A DNA stretch of 64,000 bases from an uncultured Actinomycetes bacterium. GTDB lineage: Bacteria; Actinomycetota; Thermoleophilia; UBA2241. The notes below the pieces were generated by a model, which saw only the letters and a list, made by a program, of their open reading frames with translations, ran no database searches and was not told the DNA's origin. Location: positions 128,001 to 192,000 of the forward strand of contig CAVWIH010000014.1 of assembly GCA_963755025.1 (NCBI GenBank), in the 5' to 3' direction. Positions 1 to 11,526 of the stretch are shown here, in pieces; the stretch's first letter is position 1; every line of letters begins with the position of its first letter. The position numbers and the translations under genes are program-made.

Positions 1-84
1 GGCCTGCCCTTCGTGATCGGCGGCCTCGCCTACGCCGTCTTCCGCCACCGTCATGCGGCCGTCGCCGACGAGGTCACTCCGTGA
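1..84 (+). CDS. 3' end of an upstream membrane protein (partial; identity unknown)
   Basis: Frame 1 reads GLPFVIGGLAYAVFRHRHAAVADEVTP*, and its TGA overlaps the GTG of the next gene (GTGA, 81-84). Confidence 0.55.
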   Translation, partial: GLPFVIGGLAYAVFRHRHAAVADEVTP

Positions 85-989
85 GCTGGGTGGCCACAGC
101 AGGCCTCGGTCGCCGGCCGGTCACGGTGGGCGCCGCGCGCGGCGCCCTGGTGCTGCGCGTCGCCAAACCGCGCATCGTGGCGCTGTTCGCCCTGACCGTG
201 CTGGTGGCGACCCTGCTCGCCGGCCCTGTGGGGGTGCTCCTCACCGCCGCCATCGTGGCGTCGTCGGCCCTCACGGTCGCCGGCGCCGCCGCGCTCAACA
301 ACTACCTTGAACGCGACCTCGACGCCCGCATGGCGCGTACGCTCCGCCGGCCCACGGCGAGCGGCGCGCTCGCGCCGCGCGCCGCGCTCACGGCCGGGTT
401 GCTCGCCACCGGCGGCGGCGTGGCCGCGGTCTGGGCCTGCGGCGGCCCGGCGGCGGCGGCCTTCGCGGCAGGCGGCGCCTTCTACTACGTGGTCGTCTAC
501 ACGCTGCTCATCAAGCCGCGCACCGTGTTCAGCTCGCTGCCGGGCGGTCTCACCGGCGTGTTCCCCGCCCTGATCGGCTGGACGGCGGCCGGCGGCGGCC
601 TGTCGGGACGCATCGTCTTCGCGTGCGCGCTGATCGCGGTCTGGTCGCCGCCCCACTTCTGGGCGCTGTCGTACGCCCTCTCCGACGAGTACGTGGCCTC
701 GGGCATCCCCACGCCCGCCGTAGCCCTCGGTGAGCGCGCGGCGACGCGCCTGATCTTCGCGGCCGGCGCCGTCCTGGTCGCCCTCTCGCTGGCGCCGAGC
801 GTCGCCGGTCTCTACCCGCCCACCTTCCTGGTGACGGCGGTGCCCGCGGGTGTCGCCCTGCTGGCCGTGGCCGGCACGCTCGCGCTGCGGCGCGACAGGG
901 CGACGGCCCTGCTGCTGCACAAGCTCTCGGGGCCCTACCTCGCCGCCCTGCTCGTCGCGATGGTGATCGAAAGGCTGGCGCGACCATGA
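81..989 (+). CDS. ctaB: Protoheme IX farnesyltransferase (heme o synthase)
   Basis: UbiA-family motifs NNYLERDLDARMART-RRP, YVVVYTLLIK, WSPPHFWAL and EYVASGIP; adjacent to oxidase genes. Confidence 0.93.
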   Translation: MSWVATAGLGRRPVTVGAARGALVLRVAKPRIVALFALTVLVATLLAGPVGVLLTAAIVASSALTVAGAAALNNYLERDLDARMARTLRRPTASGALAPRAALTAGLLATGGGVAAVWACGGPAAAAFAAGGAFYYVVVYTLLIKPRTVFSSLPGGLTGVFPALIGWTAAGGGLSGRIVFACALIAVWSPPHFWALSYALSDEYVASGIPTPAVALGERAATRLIFAAGAVLVALSLAPSVAGLYPPTFLVTAVPAGVALLAVAGTLALRRDRATALLLHKLSGPYLAALLVAMVIERLARP

Positions 990-1011
990 CCGGCGGGAGG
1001 GAGGAGCACTC

Positions 1012-2034
1012 ATGACCGAGGACAAGCGGACCAACCGGCACACAGGGCGCACCATCGTGCTGCGCGCGCTGTTCCTCGTCGCCGTCGCCGGCGGCCTCGC
1101 GGGCTGCTCCAGCCACTCGCCGAGCATGTTCCAGACACGCAGCGCCGGCGCCCACGACATCGCCGTACTCACCTATACGATGTTTGCCATCCTGAGCCTG
1201 GTGCTGATCACGGTCTGGTCACTTCTTGCCTACATCATCGTTCGGTTTCGCAAGCGACCCGAGTCCGAGGCCAGTCGCACGAGGGGGAACATGACCATCG
1301 AGGTGCTCTGGACGGCGATTCCAGCAATCATCGTCGCCGTCCTGTTCGCCCTCACCATGCAGACTACAGGCAAGCTCATCGGGGGACCGGACGCCGTCGA
1401 CCTCACGGTCACCGGCCACCAGTGGTGGTGGCAGGTCAAGTATGCCGGCGCAGACTTCGAGACCGCCAACGAGATCCACCTGCCGTCCGGTACCGCGATC
1501 ACGGCGGACCTGCTGTCCGCCGACGTCATTCACCAGTTCTCGTGTCCGCAGGTCACCGGCAAGGTGCAGATGATCCCCGGCACGGTGAACCACGTGAGTT
1601 TCTTGCCGATCCGCGCCGGCACGTACCTCGGTGTGTGTGCGCAGTTCTGCGGCGTCCAGCACGCCCACATGCACTTTCTGTTGATCGTGCAGCCGCAGGC
1701 GGAGTTCACGACGTGGTTCGACAATCAGATGAAGCCGGCGGTCAAACCGACGGGGCCGCCGGCCATCGCCGGCGCCACCGCCATGACCGGCCTGCCGTGC
1801 TCGAGCTGCCATACCATCCGCGGGACCAGCCTGACTGGCACCTATGGTCCCGACCTGACTCACCTGGCAAGCCGCACCTCGATCGCCGCCGTGACCCTGT
1901 CGAACACGCCCGCGAACCTGCGGCGCTGGATCGCCGACCCGAACGACGTCAAGCCAGGCGTGCTCATGCCGACCGTGCCGGTCACACCGCAGACGCTCGA
2001 TGAAATAGTCGCCTACCTGGAAGAGCTGAAATGA
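1012..2034 (+). CDS. coxB: Cytochrome c oxidase subunit II with fused C-terminal cytochrome c (caa3-type), lipoprotein
   Basis: RBS GGAGG; lipobox LAGC; IEVLWT, GHQWWW; CuA ligands DVIH...CAQFCGVQHAHM; heme motif CSSCH, GPDLTH and KPGVLMP. Confidence 0.95.
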   Translation: MTEDKRTNRHTGRTIVLRALFLVAVAGGLAGCSSHSPSMFQTRSAGAHDIAVLTYTMFAILSLVLITVWSLLAYIIVRFRKRPESEASRTRGNMTIEVLWTAIPAIIVAVLFALTMQTTGKLIGGPDAVDLTVTGHQWWWQVKYAGADFETANEIHLPSGTAITADLLSADVIHQFSCPQVTGKVQMIPGTVNHVSFLPIRAGTYLGVCAQFCGVQHAHMHFLLIVQPQAEFTTWFDNQMKPAVKPTGPPAIAGATAMTGLPCSSCHTIRGTSLTGTYGPDLTHLASRTSIAAVTLSNTPANLRRWIADPNDVKPGVLMPTVPVTPQTLDEIVAYLEELK

Positions 2035-4499
2035 CCGACGTCACCCTCCCCCGCGACTTCGCGTACGCCCGCAGCGAGCCGCACGGCCTCGCCGCTTGGC
2101 TCATGGGCACCGACCACAAGCACGTCGGCCTCCAATATATGGCGACCTCGCTCGTGTTCTTCTGTATCGGGGCGGCCATCGCCATCACGATGCGCACCCA
2201 GACTATCGTGCCCGGCATGAAGTTGCTCTCCCCAGAAGCCTACAACCGGGCCTTCTCGGTCCACGGCACGACCATGATCTTCCTGTTTGCCATGCCCGTC
2301 CTGATCGGTTTTGCCAACTACATCGTGCCACTTCAAATCGGTGCCCGCGACATGGCCTTCCCGCGTCTGAACGCGCTCAGCTATTGGCTGTTCTTGTTCG
2401 GCGGCCTCCTCTTGTACTCGGGCTTTCTTTACGGCGGCGTGCTCGACACCGGCTGGTTCAGCTACGCCCCGCTCACTGAACGAGCCTTTTCGCCCCACGA
2501 CGGGGTCAGCGTCTGGATCGTAGCGCTCACCATGCTCGGCATCTCTTCGGTGGCCGGCGCCATTAACTTCATCATGACGATGATACGGCTGCGTGCTCCC
2601 GGCATGAGCTGGCTGCGCATGCCGCTCTTCTGCCAAGCGACGTTCGTCAACTCATTCCTCATCCTGTTCGCCTTTCCCAGCCTCACGGCGGCGGTGGGCT
2701 TGCTCTATCTTGACCGCTTCTACCACACGGGCTGGTACAACCCCGCGCGCGGCGGCGACCCGATCATCTGGGAACACCTGTTCTGGTTCTTCGGCCACCC
2801 CGAGGTCTACATCCTCATTCTGCCGGCCTTCGGCATGATGAGTGAGATTGTGCCGATTTTCTCGCGCAAGCCGCTGTTCGGCCGAACGGCCATGATCATC
2901 AGCATCCTGGTCATCGGCTTTCTGAGCTTTCTCGTGTGGGCCCATCACATGTTCACGGCCGGCCTGCCGACCTACTTCAACACCTTCATGGCGGCCACCA
3001 GCATGCTGATCGCCATCCCGACCGGCGTGAAGATCTTCAACTGGCTGGCGACCATGTGGGGCGGCTCTCTGCGCTTTAAGACGCCCTTCCTATTTGCGTG
3101 CGGCATGATCGCCTTTTTTACGATCGGCGGCATCAGCGGCGTGCTGCAAGCCTCAGTTCCCTTCGACTGGCAGGTCAACCAGACGATGTTCATCGTTGCT
3201 CACCTGCACAACGTGCTGTTCGGGGGCACTGCCTTCATCGCCTTCGCCGCCGTCTACTACTGGTTCCCGAAGATGACCGGCCGCATGCTGTCAGACCGCC
3301 TGGGCAAATGGCACTTCTGGGTCATCTCGGTGGGCTTTCTGATGACCTTCATGCCGATGTACGGCCTCGGTCTTCTCGGCATGCCCCGCCACCAGTACAC
3401 CTACGCGGGCGATCTTGGCTGGAGCACGCTCGAGCTGATTTCCGGTGTCGGCGCCTACATCATCGGCGCCGGGATCGTCATCTTCATCGTCAACATCGTG
3501 CGCTCGCTGCTGGCCGGCGAGCCGGCCGGCGGCGACCCCTGGGATGCATGGACCCTCGAGTGGGCGACGAGCTCACCGCCGCCGCACGGCAATTTCGCCA
3601 CGTTGCCGGCCGTGGAGAGCGATCTGCCGCTCTGGGACATCAAGCACCCCGGCGAGCCGCTGGCACATATCGCCAGCGACAGGGGATCCGTCAATGAGGT
3701 GCCCGCCGAGGTGGCGGCGGTCCACGCCGAGCCTGCGCACGCCGACCACTGGACCAAGCTGCCTCTCCTGACCGCGATCGCCGTCCTTGTCGTGGGGATC
3801 GGCCTGCTTACCAGCTTGCTCGTATCGGTGCTCGGCATCGCGCTGCTCTTGATCCTTGCCGGCCTATGGATGTCGGCGCGCTGGACCGTGCCCGAACCGC
3901 CGGTCATGCCCCGGCAGCGGTTCACGGCGCTCGGCTCCGGCATCCTGCTGTTGGTCGGCTCGGAAACGGTCCTGTTCGGTGCGCTCGTCGGCGCCGACCT
4001 GCATCTGCGGGTCCACGGCAGCCTGACCCTGGGCATCCACGGCCGGCTGCCGACCACGCTGCCGATCGTCAACACTGTCATCCTCATGACCAGCGGGGTC
4101 GCCGCCCACTACGCTCTGACGAGCTACCGCAAGGGCCGGTTGGCCTGGTTCCGCGCCTACATTACGGCGACTGTCATCCTTGGCATCGCGTTTCTGAGCG
4201 GACAAGCCTGGGAGTACACGCATGCCGGATTCGGACTGTCGAGCGGGCTGACCGGAGAATCATTCTTCACGCTGACTGGTCTCCACGGCGCTCACGTCAT
4301 CGTCGGCATCCTGCTGCTCGTCTACCTGATGGTCCGTGCAGCCCACGACGGCCGGCGGCGACCGACCGAAGCAACCGGCGCCGCCGGCGCGATCGCCCGC
4401 GGCACCGGCACCGCCGGCATGGTCGAAGCGGCCGTCTACTACTGGCACTTCGTCGACGCCGTCTGGGTGGTCATCTTCGTCGTGGTCTACCTGCTATGA
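2031..4499 (+). CDS. ctaD: Heme-copper oxidase subunit I fused to subunit III (A1 type)
   Basis: [45 protein letters not shown] and AHLH; C-terminal subunit III motifs TGLHGAHV and YWHFVD. Confidence 0.95.
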   Translation: MTDVTLPRDFAYARSEPHGLAAWLMGTDHKHVGLQYMATSLVFFCIGAAIAITMRTQTIVPGMKLLSPEAYNRAFSVHGTTMIFLFAMPVLIGFANYIVPLQIGARDMAFPRLNALSYWLFLFGGLLLYSGFLYGGVLDTGWFSYAPLTERAFSPHDGVSVWIVALTMLGISSVAGAINFIMTMIRLRAPGMSWLRMPLFCQATFVNSFLILFAFPSLTAAVGLLYLDRFYHTGWYNPARGGDPIIWEHLFWFFGHPEVYILILPAFGMMSEIVPIFSRKPLFGRTAMIISILVIGFLSFLVWAHHMFTAGLPTYFNTFMAATSMLIAIPTGVKIFNWLATMWGGSLRFKTPFLFACGMIAFFTIGGISGVLQASVPFDWQVNQTMFIVAHLHNVLFGGTAFIAFAAVYYWFPKMTGRMLSDRLGKWHFWVISVGFLMTFMPMYGLGLLGMPRHQYTYAGDLGWSTLELISGVGAYIIGAGIVIFIVNIVRSLLAGEPAGGDPWDAWTLEWATSSPPPHGNFATLPAVESDLPLWDIKHPGEPLAHIASDRGSVNEVPAEVAAVHAEPAHADHWTKLPLLTAIAVLVVGIGLLTSLLVSVLGIALLLILAGLWMSARWTVPEPPVMPRQRFTALGSGILLLVGSETVLFGALVGADLHLRVHGSLTLGIHGRLPTTLPIVNTVILMTSGVAAHYALTSYRKGRLAWFRAYITATVILGIAFLSGQAWEYTHAGFGLSSGLTGESFFTLTGLHGAHVIVGILLLVYLMVRAAHDGRRRPTEATGAAGAIARGTGTAGMVEAAVYYWHFVDAVWVVIFVVVYLL

Positions 4500-5158
4500 A
4501 GCGCCCCGACGACAACCACGGCCGACGCCTCGGCGGCCCGTCGCAGACGGCGCTCGCCCTGAGCGGCCTGGCCCAGGCGCCGACCGACCTGATCGCCGAC
4601 CGTCCGCCCACGGCTTTCGGCAGCCTGCAGTCGCTGGTCGCCTGGGGCCGCAAGAACTCCATGTGGCCCTTCAACTTCGGCCTCTCGTGCTGCTTCGTCG
4701 AGCTCGCCACGACCGTCACGCCGCGTTACGACATAGCCCGCTTCGGCGCCGAGATCCTGCGCATCTCGCCGCGCGAGGCCGACGTCATGGTCGTCGCCGG
4801 CACCGTCTTTCTGAAGATGGCGCCCATCGTGCAGCGCCTCTACGAGCAGATGATGGAGCCGCGCTGGGTGATCTCGATGGGCTCCTGCGCCAACTCGGGC
4901 GGCATGTACGACGTCTACAGCGTGGTGCAGGGCGTCGATTCGTTCCTGCCGGTCGACGTGTACGTGCCGGGCTGCCCGCCCTCGCCGACCACCTTCATGG
5001 AGGGCCTCCTGCTGCTGCAGGCCGCGGTGGCCACCGAGGAGCGCCCCCTGTCGTGGGTCGTGGGACCGCAGGGCGTACAGCGCGTGCCGAGGGTGTCGAT
5101 GCGCGACCTCAAGCGGCCGAGCCGCGCCCTGGCCACGGAACTGTCGCTCTCAGGGTGA
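4496..5158 (+). CDS. nuoB: NADH-quinone oxidoreductase subunit B
   Basis: [27 protein letters not shown] and DVYVPGCPP; ATG 4496 overlaps the oxidase stop (ATGA). Confidence 0.93.
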   Translation: MKRPDDNHGRRLGGPSQTALALSGLAQAPTDLIADRPPTAFGSLQSLVAWGRKNSMWPFNFGLSCCFVELATTVTPRYDIARFGAEILRISPREADVMVVAGTVFLKMAPIVQRLYEQMMEPRWVISMGSCANSGGMYDVYSVVQGVDSFLPVDVYVPGCPPSPTTFMEGLLLLQAAVATEERPLSWVVGPQGVQRVPRVSMRDLKRPSRALATELSLSG

Positions 5159-5170
5159 GGTGTAGGCGCC

Positions 5171-6931
5171 GTGAGCGTGGCACACGAGACGGTCGGCGTG
5201 GTCGGTGAGCTCGAGGCCCGGTTCCCGGACCTCGAGCTCACCGTGCAGCCAACCGCCGACGAGATCCCCACCGTCTGGGTGCCGCGCGACCGCGCGCGTG
5301 ACGTCGTGGCCCACTTGAAGAGCGAGGCCGCGACGACCTACCCCATGCTCTACGACCTGACCGCCATCGACGAGCGCGTGCGCGTGCACCGCGAGGGCCA
5401 GCCGGCCAGCGACTTCACGCTCGTCTACCACCTGCTCTCGCTCGAGCACAACCGCGACGTGCGGCTCAAGGTCGCCCTGCAGGGCGAGGCGCCCTCGCTG
5501 CCCACGGTCACCGGCGTGTTCCCGGCCGCCGCCTGGTACGAGCGCGAGGTCTGGGACATGTTCGGCGTGGGCTTCGACGGCCTGCCCGAGCGGCCGCGGA
5601 TCCTCATGCCCCCCTGGTGGCAAGGCCACCCGCTGCGTAAGGAATCGGCCGCGCGCGCCACCGAGATCGGCCGCCTGGTCATGCCGCCCGAGCGCGCCGC
5701 CGAGTGGCAGGACATGCTCGCCTTCCGCCCCGAGGAGTGGGGCCTCGAGGAGCTCGCCGACGACCCCGAGATCATGTTCCTGAACGTCGGCCCGCACCAC
5801 GGCGGCACGCACGGCGTCGTGCACATCGTGGTCGGCCTGCGCGACGAAGAGATCGTCTCGTGCCTCGTCGACATCGGCTACCACCACCGCGGCGCCGAGA
5901 AGATCGGCGAGCGCCAGACCTGGCACACCTTCATCCCCTACACCGACCGCGTCGACTACACCGGCGGCGTCGTCAACAACCTCGCCTATCTCATGTCGGC
6001 CGAACGGCTCGCCGGGCTCGAGGTGCCGGAGCGCGCCCAGGTCATCCGCGTCATGCTCGCCGAGCTCTACCGCGTGAACAGCCACCTGCTGTTCTACGGC
6101 ACCTTCGCGCAGGACATCGGCGCCCTCTCGCCCGTCTTCTACATGTTCAGCGACCGCGAGCGCATCCACGACATCACCGGCGCCATCACGGGCGGCCGCA
6201 TGCACCCCGGCTGGTTCCGCCTGGGCGGCGTGGCCGAAGACCTGCCCGCCGGCTGGGAGCAGCTCGTCGCCGACTTCCTCGACTACCTGCCGCCGCGCCT
6301 GGCCGAGTACGACGCCCTGGTGCTGGGCAGCCGCATCACCAAGGCGCGGGCCAAGGGCGTCGGCCCGCTCAGCGAGCGCGACGCCATCGAGTGGGGCATC
6401 ACCGGCCCCAACCTGCGCGCCGCCGGTCTGTCGTGGGACGTGCGCAAAAAGCGCCCCTACTCGGGCTACGAGCGCTTCGAGTTCGACGTGCCGACCGCCG
6501 ACCACGGCGACTGCTACGACCGCGTCTGGGTGCGCAGCCAGGAGATCCGCCAGAGCCTGCGCATCATCAGGCAGTGCCTCGAGCAGATGCCGGGCGGCCC
6601 CTACAAGTCGCACCAGCCGCTCGCCACGCCGCCGGTCAAAGAGCCCGGCACCATGCACCACATCGAGACGCTCATCGACCACTTCCTGGGAGTGAGCTGG
6701 GGTCCCGCGCTGCCGCCGGGCGAAGCCTGTCTCGGGATCGAGGCGACCAAGGGCAACAACGGCTACTACCTGGTGAGCGACGGCGCCGAGTGCGCCTACC
6801 GCAACCGCATCCGCACGCCGTCGTTCCCGCTCCTCCAGGCGCTGCCGCTCATGACCGAGCACTTCGAGATCCCCGACCTCATCACGGTCCTGGGCAGCAT
6901 CGACTTCGTGATGGCCGACGTGGACAGGTGA
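5171..6931 (+). CDS. nuoCD: NADH-quinone oxidoreductase fused subunit C/D
   Basis: [11 protein letters not shown] and GHPLRK (C part); [27 protein letters not shown] and DFVMADVDR (D part). Confidence 0.95.
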   Translation: MSVAHETVGVVGELEARFPDLELTVQPTADEIPTVWVPRDRARDVVAHLKSEAATTYPMLYDLTAIDERVRVHREGQPASDFTLVYHLLSLEHNRDVRLKVALQGEAPSLPTVTGVFPAAAWYEREVWDMFGVGFDGLPERPRILMPPWWQGHPLRKESAARATEIGRLVMPPERAAEWQDMLAFRPEEWGLEELADDPEIMFLNVGPHHGGTHGVVHIVVGLRDEEIVSCLVDIGYHHRGAEKIGERQTWHTFIPYTDRVDYTGGVVNNLAYLMSAERLAGLEVPERAQVIRVMLAELYRVNSHLLFYGTFAQDIGALSPVFYMFSDRERIHDITGAITGGRMHPGWFRLGGVAEDLPAGWEQLVADFLDYLPPRLAEYDALVLGSRITKARAKGVGPLSERDAIEWGITGPNLRAAGLSWDVRKKRPYSGYERFEFDVPTADHGDCYDRVWVRSQEIRQSLRIIRQCLEQMPGGPYKSHQPLATPPVKEPGTMHHIETLIDHFLGVSWGPALPPGEACLGIEATKGNNGYYLVSDGAECAYRNRIRTPSFPLLQALPLMTEHFEIPDLITVLGSIDFVMADVDR

Positions 6932-6938
6932 CGCCCGC

Positions 6939-7403
6939 ATGCTGACCGACGACGAACGCACAGAGATCGAGGCGACCCTGCACCACTACCCGCACCGCCA
7001 CTCGGCGGCGGCGGGGGCCATGCGCACCGTGCAGCGCCACCGCGGCTGGCTGTCCGACGAGGCCCTGGCCGACATCGGCGAGTTCCTGGGCGTCTCGGTC
7101 GAAGAGCTCGACTCGCGCGCGACCTTCTCGAACATGATCTTCCGGCACCCCGTCGGGCGCCACATCATCCTCATCTGCGACAGCGACTGCTGCTACGTGA
7201 TGGCCTACGAGCAGATGCGCGAGCACATCTCGGCGCGCCTCGGCATCGGGCTCGGTGAGACCACAGCCGACGGGCGCTTCACGTTCCTGCCCATCGTCTG
7301 CCTCGCGCAGTGCGATCACGCCCCGGCCATGCAGATCGACGACGTCTTCTACGGCGATCTCACGCCCGAGCGCATCGACGAGATCCTGGAGCGCTATGAC
7401 TGA
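6939..7403 (+). CDS. nuoE: NADH-quinone oxidoreductase subunit E
   Basis: [2Fe-2S] motif CDSDCC...CLAQCDHAP. Confidence 0.93.
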   Translation: MLTDDERTEIEATLHHYPHRHSAAAGAMRTVQRHRGWLSDEALADIGEFLGVSVEELDSRATFSNMIFRHPVGRHIILICDSDCCYVMAYEQMREHISARLGIGLGETTADGRFTFLPIVCLAQCDHAPAMQIDDVFYGDLTPERIDEILERYD

Positions 7404-8727
7404 CCCGACCACGACCGCCTTCACACCCGACGAGCGCCCCCTGACGGCCGCCTTCCGCGCCGACGGGCGCGCTCTCGACCTGGCCGAGTACGAAGCCGCC
7501 GGCGGCTACCAGGCGCTGCGCAAGGCGCTGCGCGAGCTCGCGCCGACCGACGTCACCAAGCTGGTCAGCGACGCCGGGCTGCGCGGCCGCGGCGGCGCCG
7601 GCTACGCCACCGGACGCAAGTGGAGCTTCGTGCCCATGGGCGACGACGCGCCGCCCGTGAAGTACGTGGTCTGCAACGGCGACGAGATGGAGCCCGGCAG
7701 CTTCAAGGACCGGTTCCTGATCGAGGGCAGCCCCCATCTGCTGGTCGAGGGCATGGCCCTGGCCTGCTACGCCATCGGGGCCAGGACGGGCTACATCTTC
7801 GTGCGCGACCAGTACGACAAGCCGCTCGCCCTGCTCACGCGCGCGCTCGCCGAGGCCCGGGCCAAGGGCTACCTGGGCGAGCGCATCCTGGGCAGCGACT
7901 TCAGCCTCGAGATCAACCTGCACGTGAGCATCGGCCGCTACATGTGCGGCGAGGCGTCGGGCATGCTGAACGCCCTGCAGAGCGACCGCGCCAACCCGCG
8001 CTGGCGTCCGCCCCACATGGCCAGCGCCGGCCTGTGGAGCCGCCCGACGGTCATCAACAACGTCGAGTCGCTCTCCTGCCTGCCCGGCATCGTGCGCCTG
8101 GGCCCCGAGCGCTGGCGCGCCCTCGGCCTCACCGACGAGGGCGGCACCCGCATCTGCGGCGTCTCGGGACGCGCCCGGCGCACGGGGGCCTGGGAGTTTC
8201 CGGTCGGCACGCCCATGCGCGAAATGATCGAGCAGTACGCGGGCGGCATGCGCGACGGCTACACGCTGCGCGCCGTGCTGCCGGGCGGCGCGTCGACGCC
8301 CCTCCTCGCGGCCGCCGACATCGACGTCCTCATGGACTTCGACCACATGAAGCGGGCCGGCACCGGCCTGGGTACGGGCACGGCGCTGCTGATCGACGAC
8401 TCGGTCTGCCCGGTCGGGCTGTGCCTCAACCTGCTGCGCTTCTTCGCCCAGGAGTCCTGCGGCTGGTGCACGCCGTGCTGGGCCGGCCTGCCCTGGACCG
8501 TCGACGTCCTGAACGACATCGAACAGGGGCGCGGGCGTCCCGAGCAGCTCGACCTGCTCGTCGAGCAGATGTGGTTCATGGGCGAGCAGATGTGCTTCTG
8601 CGACCTCGCGCCGAGCGCCACCAAGGCGCTGGGCACGGCGCTCAAGCTGTTCCGCGACGACTTCGAGCGCCACATCGACGAGCACCGCTGCAGCTACCGC
8701 ACGGCCGACACGACGGCGAGGCGCTGA
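7396..8727 (+). CDS. nuoF: NADH-quinone oxidoreductase subunit F (remodelled nucleotide pocket)
   Basis: GLRGRGGAG, NGDEMEPGSFKDR, INNVE and ESCGWCTPC...C; ATG 7396 overlaps the nuoE end. Confidence 0.94.
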   Translation: MTDPTTTAFTPDERPLTAAFRADGRALDLAEYEAAGGYQALRKALRELAPTDVTKLVSDAGLRGRGGAGYATGRKWSFVPMGDDAPPVKYVVCNGDEMEPGSFKDRFLIEGSPHLLVEGMALACYAIGARTGYIFVRDQYDKPLALLTRALAEARAKGYLGERILGSDFSLEINLHVSIGRYMCGEASGMLNALQSDRANPRWRPPHMASAGLWSRPTVINNVESLSCLPGIVRLGPERWRALGLTDEGGTRICGVSGRARRTGAWEFPVGTPMREMIEQYAGGMRDGYTLRAVLPGGASTPLLAAADIDVLMDFDHMKRAGTGLGTGTALLIDDSVCPVGLCLNLLRFFAQESCGWCTPCWAGLPWTVDVLNDIEQGRGRPEQLDLLVEQMWFMGEQMCFCDLAPSATKALGTALKLFRDDFERHIDEHRCSYRTADTTARR

Positions 8728-8729
8728 CC

Positions 8730-11526
8730 GTGGCCACCGTCGCCATCACCATCGAGGGCACACCCTACGAGGTCGACGACACCCGCAACCTCCTCGACAT
8801 CTGCCTCTCGCTGGGCTACGACGTGCCCTACTTCTGCTGGCACCCCGCCATGGGTTCGATCGGCGCCTGCCGGCAGTGCGCGGTCAAGCTCTACTGGGAC
8901 GACGACGACGACAAGGGCGAGGTCGTGATGTCCTGCCTCACCCGCCCCCGCGCCGGCAACCGCGTGGCGATCTCAGACGACGAGGTCGTGCGCTTCCGCG
9001 CCCGCGTCATCGAGCTGCTCATGACGAGCCACCCCCACGACTGCCCGGTCTGCGACGAGGGCGGCGAGTGCCACCTGCAGGACATGACGGTGATGACCGG
9101 CCACGTGTACCGCCGCTACACCTACGCCAAGCGCACGTTCGAAAACCACGACCTGGGCCCGTTCGTGACCCACGAGATGAACCGCTGCATCCAGTGCTAT
9201 CGCTGCCTGCGGTTCTACGTCGACTACGCCGGGGGACACGACTTCGCCGCCTTCGGCCTGCGCAACGAGGTCTACTTCGGACGGCTGCGCGACGGCGCCC
9301 TCGACAGCGAGTTCAGCGGCAACCTGGTCGAGGTCTGCCCGGTCGGGGTCTTCGACGACAAGACCTTCGCCGCCCATTACACGCGCAAGTGGGACCTGCA
9401 GACCGCGCCCGCCGTCTGCCCCTACTGCGCGCGCGGCTGCAACATCATCGCCGGCGAGCGCTACGGCGAGCTGCGCCGCGTGCTCAACCGCTACAACGGC
9501 GAGGTCAACGGCTACTTCCTCTGCGATCGCGGACGCTACGGCTACGGCTCGGCCAACGTCGCCGAGCGCGTGCGGCAGCCGCTCGTCGGCCTCGCCGGCC
9601 TGTCGGCCAGCGAGCTCGTGCGCGGCCTCGGCGCGCGCCTCGAGTCGGCCCTCGGCGAGCGCCGCGTGGCCGTCGGGGCGCGGCCCCGCGTAGCGCGGCC
9701 GCGCCCGGTCGGCATAGGCTCGCCGCGCGCCTCGCTCGAGGCCAATTTCGCCCTCAAGCGCATGGTCGGCGACGACCGCTTCTTCCTGGGCATGGCCGAA
9801 GGCGAGCACACCCTGGTCGCACGCGCAGTCGAGCTGCTGCGCGCCGGCCCGTCGGCCACTCCCACGCTGCGCGACATCGAGGCCGCCGACCTCGTCATCG
9901 TGCTCGGCGAGGACCTCACCAACACCGCGCCCATGCTCGACTTCGCGGTGCGCCGCTGGGCGCGGCTGCGGCCGACCGGCGACGAAGAGCGCCTCGGCAT
10001 CGCGCGCTGGAACGACGCCGGCGTCGGCATGGTCAAAAAGGAGGAGCCCAAGGCCCTGTGGATCGCCGCCACGCACGCCGGCAAGCTCGACGAGATCGCC
10101 GCCGAGGCCTGGCACGCGACGCCCGACGACCTCGCCCGCTTCACGCTGGCGCTGGCCGCGGCGCTCGCCCCGCAGCGCCGCCGGCGAGCGGCCAAGGCGC
10201 CGCTCTCAGACCAGGCCGCCCGCATCGAACGCTACGCGGCGGCCCTGCGCACGGCCGAGCGCCCCGTGGTGATCTCGGGCGTGAGCTGCGGCAGCGAGGC
10301 GCTGCTCGAGGCCGCGGCCGCCCTGGCGCGGGCTCTGCCGGGCCCGGCCGCCGCCGCGCCGCTCGCCCTGGTCGTGCCCGAGGTCAACACGCTCGGCCTC
10401 ATGCTGCTCGGCGGTCGGCGCCTGTCCGAGGCCTTCGACCTGGCCGCCGCGGGCGACGTCGAGGTCGCCCTCGTCATCGAGAACGACCTGTACCGGCGGG
10501 CACCGGCGGCCCCGGTCGACGCCTTCCTCAAAGCTTGCGGCACGGTGATCGTCGTCGACCACGTGAAGACCGCGACAGGGGCGGCGGCCGCCGCCGTGCT
10601 GCCGGCGGCCTCGTGGGCCGAGGGCACCGGCACGTTCGTCAGCCTCGAAGGACGCGCCCAGCGCTCGCTGCAGGTCATGCCGGCGCCGCGCCCGGTGCAG
10701 CCCACCTGGCGCTGGCTCTCGGCCTTGGCGGCGGCCGCGCGGCTGCCCGTGGGCCAGGACTGGATCACGCTCGACCACCTGCTCGACGAGCTTGCCCGCG
10801 AGCGGCCCGACCTGGCGCCGGCCACCCGCGCCGCGCCGCCGGCCGACGCCCGCTTCGTCGACATGAAGATCCCGCGCGAGGCGAGCCGCGCGAGCGGGCG
10901 CACCGCCATGCACGCCGACGTCTCGGTGTTCGACGCGCCGCCCCCCGCCGACCGCGACGCGCCCATGAGCTTCTCGATGGAGGGCTTCCCCGGCCGGCCG
11001 CCGGCGCCGCTGATCGCCCGCTACCACGCCCCGCACTGGAACTCGGTGCAGGCGCTCAACAAGTTCCAGGAAGAGATCGCCGGCCCGCTGCGCGGCGGCG
11101 ACCCCGGCGTACGGCTCATCGAGCCGCCGGTCGCCGACGCCGACGACGCCGGCGCGACCGGCGCGCGCCCTCTTGGCCGGCGCGGCGCCGGGCATGACCC
11201 CGGCGCCCGGCAGGCTGCTGGCCGTGGCCCGCCACCACATCTACGGCTCCGAAGAGCTCAGCATGCTGTCGCCGCCGGTCGCCGGACGCGCCCCCCGGCC
11301 CTATCTCGCCCTGGGACCGCTCGACGCGGCGCGGCTCGGCGCGCGCGAGGGCCGGCCGCTGGCCGTGGCGCTGCACGGCGCCGGCGAGCCGCGCCTCAGC
11401 CTGCCGGTGCGCATCGACGATTCGCTGCCCGAGGGCCTCGCCGGCCTGCCGGTGGGCCTGCCGGGCCTGCCCTTCCTCGACCTGCCGGCCGAGCTCGAGA
11501 TCGACGAGGGGGGCGGCCGTGCCTGA
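8730..11526 (+). CDS. nuoG: NADH-quinone oxidoreductase subunit G (one apparent frameshift near 11130-11200)
   Basis: GTG 8730; CWHP..GACRQC, HPHDCPVCDEGGEC, CIQCYRC and CPYCARGC; the conserved C-terminal HIYGSEELS lies in the frame of ORF 11173-11526. Confidence 0.9.

Noticed and set aside
1-84. Upstream fragment as nuoA
   Set aside because: It lacks the NuoA C-terminal W..GAL.W pattern and is too short to assign
2031-4499. Subunit I/III fusion and subunit II-cytochrome c fusion as novelties
   Set aside because: Both architectures are known from caa3 oxidases such as that of Thermus
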